Of a stretch of 64,000 bases of DNA, positions 56,015-64,000 are shown one piece after another. A program made the translations under genes and the position numbers. The notes under the pieces were generated by a model. The model did no database searches, was not told where the DNA came from, and was given only the letters and a program-made list of their open reading frames with translations. The stretch comes from Vulcanimicrobiota bacterium (GTDB lineage: Bacteria; Vulcanimicrobiota; Vulcanimicrobiia; Eremiobacterales; Eremiobacteraceae): contig DAINRU010000002.1 in the NCBI GenBank assembly GCA_036741695.1, forward strand, positions 17,862 to 81,861, read 5' to 3'. Each line of letters starts with the position of its first letter. Position 1 is the stretch's first letter.

Positions 56015-56502
56015 TGGCTGATGAGCTCCATATTCCGGGCGAACACCTCGGGCGTCATGTAGCCGCGCCAGATGGCGCGGACGACGCCGTGCTTGTCGAT
56101 GAAGACGCTCTGTGGGATCGCGGCCACGCCGAAATCTGCGCCCACCTGTCCTTCATCGATGCCGACGAGATACTGGATGGAATATTGTTTGAGGAACGGC
56201 TTGACGAGATCGGGCGATTCCTCTTGGTCCAGACCCAAAAAGACCACCCGCCCTTTATACGCGGGGTAGTTCTTGACGATGTTCGGCAGCTCGAGTTTGC
56301 ACGGCGGACACCAGGTGGCGAAAAAATTGACGAAGACCGGCCGGCCGGCGAAGCGCGCGGAAGTCAGGCGAGCGCCGTCCAGGCTGGTGAACGAGAACTG
56401 TGGCGACGGCTTGCCGACGGCGGCGATCTGTTCCGCTGCGGCGGGCGACGCCAAGCACAGCGCGGCGGCGCAGGCTAGCATGGCATGTGTGCGTCTGGAC
56501 AT
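56011..56502 (-). CDS. TlpA/ResA-family thiol-disulfide oxidoreductase (secreted thioredoxin-like)
   Basis: Signal peptide, then FFATWCPPCKLELP. Confidence 0.88.
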   Translation of the reverse strand: MSRRTHAMLACAAALCLASPAAAEQIAAVGKPSPQFSFTSLDGARLTSARFAGRPVFVNFFATWCPPCKLELPNIVKNYPAYKGRVVFLGLDQEESPDLVKPFLKQYSIQYLVGIDEGQVGADFGVAAIPQSVFIDKHGVVRAIWRGYMTPEVFARNMELISH

Positions 56503-56704
56503 CGTGAGCCTTTCTCCGTCTCGTGCGAGCCGCGATTCGCTCGCATTTTATACGTTCGCGTGTTCGCTTTTGGAACACTGCGTACCGACCATCCCACCCC
56601 GACGTTTGGCATACATGCCGTTTCACATAGATAAAGGAGGGTGCTCACGACCGGGGGAAACGAGCGAGACCTTTCGGGCATCCGTGTTTTAAGCGGAGGC
56701 GCAA

Positions 56705-56905
56705 ATGCTCGTTTTGACCCGTAAGATCAACCAAGAGATCGTGATCGGCGACGATATCCGGATCACGGTCGTGGCCGTGGGCAGTGATCACGTCAAGATC
56801 GGGATCACCGCTCCTCGTTCGATTCCGGTGCATCGCTCGGAGATATACAAAGAGCGACAAAGCCTCGTCCTCGCAGGAAACGGAGCGCACAAACCGACGA
56901 ACTAG
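56705..56905 (+). CDS. csrA: Carbon storage regulator CsrA
   Basis: [48 protein letters not shown]. Confidence 0.92.
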   Translation: MLVLTRKINQEIVIGDDIRITVVAVGSDHVKIGITAPRSIPVHRSEIYKERQSLVLAGNGAHKPTN

Positions 56906-56946
56906 CTCGGGCGGGGTGTGCGGACGCACCTTCCACGGACGTCATC

Positions 56947-56973
56947 GCGGACCGCCGGGTCCGTTTCTTTTTT
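56947..56973 (+). terminator. Rho-independent terminator of csrA
   Basis: gcggacc-gccg-ggtccgt followed by ttcttttttc. The stem core CGGACC/GGTCCG is the same as in the leader repeats. Confidence 0.75.
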
Positions 56974-56986
56974 CTCTCGACCTCAC

Positions 56987-57688
56987 TTAGCGTTCGCCGA
57001 GCAGGGCGCGCAACGTCGATAGGACAGCGACAGCCGCCTCGTCACGCTCGCGTTGCGATTGTGCGCTCTCGGCTGCATGCAGATAGCGGTGCCAGGCAAG
57101 TGACACGGACGAGCGCCGGTATGCCGCCAGCACGGCCGACACAACCCCGCGCGTCGACGATTGCGCGCCCACGAGCCGGTCCGGCAGACAGGCTGCAGCG
57201 ATGAGCGACGCGACGCCGGCTCGCGCGTCGGCGCTCAGGCCGGACACGACCTCGAGATCCGACCGGCGCAGCGTCACCTCAAGGGCGGCGCCGTCACTGG
57301 AGATCGAAAACGGCGCGGCATCCAGCCCGAGGCTGCCCAGCGCAGCTTGCGCAGGCGTTGGATAGCAGCGCAGTGCTGCGGTCAGCGCATCGTGATCGAT
57401 CGGTCCGCTCCAGCCCACCTGCGACAAGCTGACCTGGGCTATCGGACGGCGCAGCGTCATGTCGCCGGATCTATCCGTCGAGGCGCGAGTCTCTTCAAGC
57501 GGCTCGGTCTCGATGAGCTGGTCTTCACCAGCGTCGAAGATCTCGTCTGCGGCAGCCTCGATCTCGGAGGGCTCATCGGCCATCAAGCCCGCCTGTCGCC
57601 GCCGGCGCTCGTGCAGGAGCAGCATATCGGCGGGAACGCGCCGCCGACCCTGCGCCGTCACGACGCCCGCCTCCACCATTGCCACCAT
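56987..57688 (-). CDS. Hypothetical protein (acidic N-terminal region) coupled to the ExeA-like ATPase gene
   Basis: High GC3. Overlaps or abuts the upstream ATPase stop at 57658; alternative starts at 57625 or 57583. No recognisable motif. Confidence 0.5.
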   Translation of the reverse strand: MVAMVEAGVVTAQGRRRVPADMLLLHERRRRQAGLMADEPSEIEAAADEIFDAGEDQLIETEPLEETRASTDRSGDMTLRRPIAQVSLSQVGWSGPIDHDALTAALRCYPTPAQAALGSLGLDAAPFSISSDGAALEVTLRRSDLEVVSGLSADARAGVASLIAAACLPDRLVGAQSSTRGVVSAVLAAYRRSSVSLAWHRYLHAAESAQSQRERDEAAVAVLSTLRALLGER

Positions 57689-58554
57689 GGACGCGGCGAC
57701 GATGGCTGCGCGGCGAAGACCGATGTGGCACTCGCGAGCGACAGCGGAATGATTCTCGAGGCTGCGGCGTCGACATCTTGGCCGCGCACTTCGCGCCGTG
57801 CGTATTCGGCTGCGACCTCCATCGATTCGCGCGCGAGCGCTGTCAAGCGCCTCGGGATGCCGGAGCTGCGCGTGAGAAGCGCCTGCAGCGCCTCATCCGC
57901 GAACGGCGAGCGGTTCCCGGCAAATCCGGCGCAGCGCAGCCGGTGGTGGAGCAAGCCGGCGGACTCTGCCGCTGACAACGGCCGAAGTTCGACCCACAGC
58001 GCGACGCGATCGCTGAAATTCGGATGACGCACGATCGCGGCGGCGAGCTCCATCTGGCCGGAGAGCGCGATGCACAGCAGCTTGCGATCGTCGAGCTGAT
58101 AGTTCAACAGGGCGCGCAGTGTCTCGAGCAGTTCCTCCGGCAAGAGCTGCGCCTCGTCGATGAAGAGGATCGGCTGCCGGCCGGCGGCCGCAGCCTCGAA
58201 AAGGCAACGCTTGAGCGAGTCTTTGACGGTGCGCAGCGGCGCCGTGGCGTCGATCTCGAAACCCAACGCGTCGGCGATCGCGACGAGCAGTTCGGTCTCA
58301 TCGGCAAAGGTGGGATCGAGGATCGCGCCCACAAGGTTGCGTTCGTCACAGGCGAGCTCGGATTCGACCGCATTGAACAATGTGGTCTTGCCCGCCCCGA
58401 TAGGGCCCACCACGACGGCGAGCCCGCGACCATGCGCGAGGCATTGGGCCAGACGCCGGCGGCCGTGGGCTCCGGGCAGCGTATCGTAGTAGAACGCTGG
58501 GTCGGCCGTGTCCAAAAACGGGTCTCGGTTCAGCCCAAACGCTTCGAGGAACAT
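57658..58554 (-). CDS. ExeA/GspA-like AAA+ ATPase (AAA_22 type)
   Basis: FGLNRDPF.., Walker A GPIGAGKTTL, Walker B ILFIDEAQLL, LRALLNYQ..L.GQMEL. ATG 58554 chosen. Confidence 0.8.
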   Translation of the reverse strand: MFLEAFGLNRDPFLDTADPAFYYDTLPGAHGRRRLAQCLAHGRGLAVVVGPIGAGKTTLFNAVESELACDERNLVGAILDPTFADETELLVAIADALGFEIDATAPLRTVKDSLKRCLFEAAAAGRQPILFIDEAQLLPEELLETLRALLNYQLDDRKLLCIALSGQMELAAAIVRHPNFSDRVALWVELRPLSAAESAGLLHHRLRCAGFAGNRSPFADEALQALLTRSSGIPRRLTALARESMEVAAEYARREVRGQDVDAAASRIIPLSLASATSVFAAQPSSPRPWWQWWRRAS

Positions 58555-58610
58555 CGCAATCGCGGGGTTCAAGCGGGCCGCAAGCACCCCCTGGAGTGCG
58601 CAGGAGCCAA

Positions 58611-58640
58611 TTGCAAGGCCCCTCAAGCCCGTGATATAAT
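58611..58640 (+). promoter_or_regulatory. Sigma-70-type promoter of the rpsB-tsf operon
   Basis: TTGCAA-N18-TATAAT with an extended -10 TG (tgatataat), about 140 nt upstream of rpsB. Confidence 0.5.
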
Positions 58641-58779
58641 GCTCGGAGCGCAAGTTTAGGGCAGTTCGGCGCGGGCGGAGGCGGCAGCTTCCGCCATCTG
58701 TGCGTCATATGGCTAAGGGACGACGCACGACGCCCTAGGAATGCCGCCGCTTTTGCGTGCGGCTGAAAGGCAGACTACC

Positions 58780-59550
58780 GTGACCGGGACCTCGATCATC
58801 TCCATGAAGCAGCTCCTCGAGGCAGGAGTGCATTTCGGGCACCAGACCCGCCGTTGGAATCCGAAGATGGCCCGCTACATCTTCCAGGAACGCAACGGGA
58901 TCTACATCATCGACCTGCAGAAGACGGTCGTCAAGCTGCGCGAAGTCTACGACGCGGTCAAAGACATGTCGCGTCGCGGTAAGATCTTCCTGTTCGTGGG
59001 CACGAAGAAACAAGCCCAGGATGTCGTGCGGGAAGAAGCCGAGCGCGCGGGCATGTTCTACGTCAACCAGCGCTGGCTGGGCGGCACGCTGACGAATTTC
59101 CAGACCATCCAAAAGCGCATCGCGCGTCTGCGCGAGCTCGAACGCCAACGCGACACCGGATTATTCGAAGTGCTGACCAAGAAAGAGGTCAGCAAGCTCG
59201 AGGACGAGCTCAACCGCCTAGAGCGTTTTCTCAGCGGCATCAAAGACATGCCGAGATTGCCCGACGCGATCTATATCGTCGACCCGCGCAAGGAGCGCAT
59301 CGCCGTGTTGGAGGCGCGCAAGCTCAAGATCCCGATCATCGCCGTCATCGATACGAACTGCGATCCGGACGAGATCGACTACCCGATCCCGGGCAATGAC
59401 GACGCCATCCGCGCCGTCAAGCTCATGACCGGCAAGATCGCCGACGCGATCCTCGAGGGTCGCACGGAGACCGAATCCGCGGTGGAAGCCGCAGAAGAAG
59501 CGGCCGCGCAGACCGTCGGCGGCGCGGAGACGATCACGGCGGTGCCCTAG
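58780..59550 (+). CDS. rpsB: 30S ribosomal protein S2
   Basis: [36 protein letters not shown]. The start is uncertain: GTG 58780, ATG 58804 or the track start at 58741. Confidence 0.92.
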   Translation: MTGTSIISMKQLLEAGVHFGHQTRRWNPKMARYIFQERNGIYIIDLQKTVVKLREVYDAVKDMSRRGKIFLFVGTKKQAQDVVREEAERAGMFYVNQRWLGGTLTNFQTIQKRIARLRELERQRDTGLFEVLTKKEVSKLEDELNRLERFLSGIKDMPRLPDAIYIVDPRKERIAVLEARKLKIPIIAVIDTNCDPDEIDYPIPGNDDAIRAVKLMTGKIADAILEGRTETESAVEAAEEAAAQTVGGAETITAVP

Positions 59551-59605
59551 AGCGGATCTGACAAGGTCCGATGCTGCATATGCGAGGAAACGGAAAACGT
59601 TGAAA

Positions 59606-61452
<1,847 letters not shown>

Positions 61453-61456
<4 letters not shown>

Positions 61457-61668
61457 GCGGCCTGGCGGGCGTGGACCGCGCGGAGCTTCTGCTGGTACCC
61501 TACACGCGCGCCATCGAGCTGTGCAGCGGGCGCGACGTCACGCTCACCGTCATCACGCCGCCATATCCGGCGCTCGGGCTCGGCACGCTGCACATCGTGC
61601 GTGCCGCCGACGAGGGGAACGCCGTGCACCTCGAAGCGACCTACGACTCATTCGAGCGGCTGCCATGA
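61453..61668 (+). CDS. Small hypothetical protein (71 aa), translationally coupled between frr and cdsA
   Basis: GTGA overlap with the frr stop and ATGA overlap with the cdsA start; high GC3; no recognisable motif. Confidence 0.45.
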
Positions 61669-62516
61669 ACACCGTCGCGGCGGCGGGGAGGCCCGCCTTG
61701 GCCGAGCGTTTCCGGCGTGAGCTCACCGCCAAACGCGTCATCATCGGCTTCGTGGTCGCGGCCATCGGCGTCGGTTCCATAGCAAACGAGATCGCCTTCG
61801 CGATCGTCATCACCTCCATCGGCGTCATCGGCGCGGTGGAGTTCGCGAACCTGGCGAGGCGCGCGGGCTACCAGGTCGCCCTTCCCATCGCGGTCACGGC
61901 CTGCGCCGCATACCCGCTGCTCGCTTTCTTCCACCTGCTCGGGCGGTACGAGTCGGCGCTCGTCGTCTCGATCGTGCTCGCATCGTTCATCGCCTCGCTT
62001 TCCGCGCAGCTCGACCATTTCGCCGGCCGTGTCGCCATGACCGTGCTGACGACCATGTATCTGGGCAAGCTGCTGTCCTATTTCATCCTGCTGCGCCAGC
62101 AGCCGGACGGTGCGCGAATCACCCTGTGGCTCGTCGTCATCGTCGCGCTCACCGACATCGTGGGCATGATCGCGGGCCTCGGCTTCGGCAAGCGGCCGCT
62201 CGCGCCCAAGCTATCGCCATCGAAGACGGTCGAGGGCGCGATCGCCGCGCTCGTCGTGGCGACGCTGGTCGGCGCGGCCATGTGGTGGGTGATGCAGCTG
62301 CACACGCCATGGTGGCTGGCCATCGCGTTTCCGCTGTGCGTGTCGATCGCCGCCGAGCTCGGCGACCTGGTCGAGTCGGCGCTTAAACGCAGCGCGCATG
62401 TCAAGGATGCCGGAAACCTCATCGCCGGCCACGGCGGCGTGCTCGACCGTTTCGACTCGCACCTCTTCGCCGGCGTCGTGGGTTACGCGATCCTCCTCCT
62501 CGCCGGCAAGTTCTAG
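61665..62516 (+). CDS. cdsA: Phosphatidate cytidylyltransferase
   Basis: Multiple TM helices and the C-terminal signature SALKRSAHVKDAGNLIAGHGGVLDRFDS. Confidence 0.9.
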   Translation: MNTVAAAGRPALAERFRRELTAKRVIIGFVVAAIGVGSIANEIAFAIVITSIGVIGAVEFANLARRAGYQVALPIAVTACAAYPLLAFFHLLGRYESALVVSIVLASFIASLSAQLDHFAGRVAMTVLTTMYLGKLLSYFILLRQQPDGARITLWLVVIVALTDIVGMIAGLGFGKRPLAPKLSPSKTVEGAIAALVVATLVGAAMWWVMQLHTPWWLAIAFPLCVSIAAELGDLVESALKRSAHVKDAGNLIAGHGGVLDRFDSHLFAGVVGYAILLLAGKF

Positions 62517-62528
62517 GAAAGGCGGCCC

Positions 62529-63713
62529 GTGGCGCGACGCGTCGCCATCCTCGGTTCGACCGGTTCGATCGGCCGCCAAGCGCTGTCAGTCATCGAGGCG
62601 CACCGCGACCGCTTCGAGGTGGCGGCGCTCGCCGCGAATGCGAACATCGACGTCCTCGCGCAACAGGCTAACGCGTTGCGGCCGGCCGTGCTGTCGGTGG
62701 GCAGCGCTCAGCTTTCGAGCGAGCTTGCGAAAGCGCTGACCTACGCGCCGGCCCACATCGCGCACGGCAGCGACGGGCTCGTCGCGGCCGCGACGGAATC
62801 CGGCGCCGACGTCGTCCTGGCCGCGACCGATGGCATGGTCGCATTGCGCGCACTCGTGGCTAGCCTCGAGCGTGGGATGCGCGTCGCGCTTGCGAACAAG
62901 GAGCTGCTGGTCAGCGCCGGCCGCCTGCTGTGCGATTTGGCGCGCGCCCGAGGCGCGAGCATCGTGCCGGTCGACTCCGAGCACAGCGCACTGTTCCAGT
63001 GCCTCGAAGGCGAGCGGCGGAGCAGCGTGGCATCGGTCGTGCTCACCGCATCCGGCGGGCCGTTTTGGACGCACACCCTCGAGCAGATGGGGCGTGCCAC
63101 CCCTGAAGAGGCATTGGCGCATCCGATCTGGTCGATGGGTCCGAAGAACACCCTCGACTCGGCGACGATGATGAACAAAGGACTCGAGATCATCGAGGCG
63201 AGCCATCTCTTCGGACTGGAGCCGCAGCGCATCAGCGTCGTCGTTCACCGTCAGAGCATCGTGCACGGCTTTGTGCTCTTCAACGACGGCAACGTCAAGG
63301 CGCAACTGGCGGCTCCCGACATGCGCCTGCCGATCGGTTATGCGCTGTCGTACCCCGAGCGCTTGGCGCGAGCCTTCAGCGAAGCGGCGACGCGAGACGC
63401 CATCGGCCTCGGTGAACGAGCGGCGACCTTGTCCTTCGAGCCGGTCGACGAAACTCGCTTTCCGTCGCTGCGTTTGGCGTACGACGCCCTCGCCGCGGGA
63501 GGCACGCACCCGGCTGTGCTCTCCAGCGTCAACGAGGAGGCAGGACGGGCGTTCCTGCAGAGGAAAATCAAGTTCACTGAAATCTGCTCGATCGTCGAAA
63601 GAGCGCTTGAGGCGTACCGAAGCGGTGCCGATGGTCTCGGAGAGATCGAAGCGGCAGACCGCTGGGGTCGCGCTTTCGCGCGCGATGCCATCGGCGCCGC
63701 GATGCGGCGCTAG
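62529..63713 (+). CDS. dxr: 1-deoxy-D-xylulose 5-phosphate reductoisomerase
   Basis: VAILGSTGSIGRQAL, LANKE, PVDSEHSA, LTASGGPF, MNKGLE. Confidence 0.93.
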   Translation: MARRVAILGSTGSIGRQALSVIEAHRDRFEVAALAANANIDVLAQQANALRPAVLSVGSAQLSSELAKALTYAPAHIAHGSDGLVAAATESGADVVLAATDGMVALRALVASLERGMRVALANKELLVSAGRLLCDLARARGASIVPVDSEHSALFQCLEGERRSSVASVVLTASGGPFWTHTLEQMGRATPEEALAHPIWSMGPKNTLDSATMMNKGLEIIEASHLFGLEPQRISVVVHRQSIVHGFVLFNDGNVKAQLAAPDMRLPIGYALSYPERLARAFSEAATRDAIGLGERAATLSFEPVDETRFPSLRLAYDALAAGGTHPAVLSSVNEEAGRAFLQRKIKFTEICSIVERALEAYRSGADGLGEIEAADRWGRAFARDAIGAAMRR

Positions 63714-63748
63714 AGAGCGAGGAACGCCGGCCCATAAGCCGCGTGCGT

Positions 63749-64000
63749 GATGTTCGAAACCATCGTATGTAGCCTGCCGTTCGCCTTCGCCCTTGCGGGC
63801 ATCGGCAAGTACGCCCTCTATCTCGTCCTGCTCAGCGTGCTCGTGCTGTTCCACGAGTTCGGCCACTTCGTGTTCGCCAAACGCTTTGGGGTGACGGTCA
63901 CCGATTTCGCGCTCGGCTTCGGACCGACGCTCGTATCGACGCGCCGCGGCGACACGACCTATAGGATCAACGCGCTTCCGCTCGGCGGCTATTGCAAGAT
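63749..64000 (+). CDS. rseP: RIP (site-2) zinc metalloprotease RseP/YluC-like, N-terminal fragment (runs off window)
   Basis: HEFGHF zinc motif in the first TM region and LPLGGYC; canonical position after dxr. Confidence 0.85.

Noticed and set aside
56641-56691. 16-codon mini-ORF (GTG..TAA) in the csrA leader after aaaggagg
   Set aside because: The GTG directly abuts the Shine-Dalgarno-like sequence with no spacer, and the peptide has no features. The GGA motifs are better read as CsrA-binding candidates.
62586-63866. 426-aa minus-strand ORF opposite dxr
   Set aside because: Antisense shadow of dxr, which has full canonical motifs.

Overview
Visibly GC-rich bacterial chromosomal segment (by eye mid-60s % GC, not computed), densely coding on both strands. 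I found no rRNA, tRNA, CRISPR array, transposase or integrase. The backbone is housekeeping DNA with Firmicutes/Terrabacteria-like synteny: coaD tail, ylbL-like protease, DUF177, rpmF, fabH-fabD-fabG-acpP, ffh-rpsP-KH-rimM on the left, and rpsB-tsf-pyrH-frr-cdsA-dxr-rseP on the right. Between these lie metabolic genes: a split NAD synthetase plus cinA, leuCDB, a thiolase/crotonase/hbd/acd block, two APC permeases around an S8 protease, and ABC transporters. Findings worth a second look, in rough order of interest: (1) a 1776-codon class II ribonucleotide reductase gene (nrdJ) holding two inteins, a 175-aa mini-intein and a 475-aa LAGLIDADG intein, in an AT-richer stretch, with a near-consensus promoter overlapped by tandem NrdR-box-like palindromes; (2) a four-gene archaic (Csu/Mcu-type, spore-coat-protein-U) chaperone-usher pilus operon, whose usher has a long His/Arg/Ala-rich N-terminal extension, in a genome with Terrabacteria-like synteny; (3) a family of about 27-nt hairpin repeats (AACGGACC-N4-GGTCCGTTGCTTCAAG) in leaders just upstream of ribosome-binding sites, one copy with a compensatory stem change; (4) an orphan 482-aa protein resembling circularly permuted ATP-grasp / eukaryotic-type glutathione synthetase folds; (5) an ExeA-like AAA+ ATPase coupled to an unknown acidic protein with no secretion genes nearby; (6) a frameshifted DUF1345 gene; (7) small deviations from canonical operons (no plsX or fabF, no trmD-rplS, a 71-codon ORF where uppS usually sits, an orphan csrA). 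Many long ORFs in the six-frame track are antisense shadows of real genes, as expected in GC-rich DNA, and were discarded. All calls rest on reading motifs in the translations and the DNA; no database search was run.
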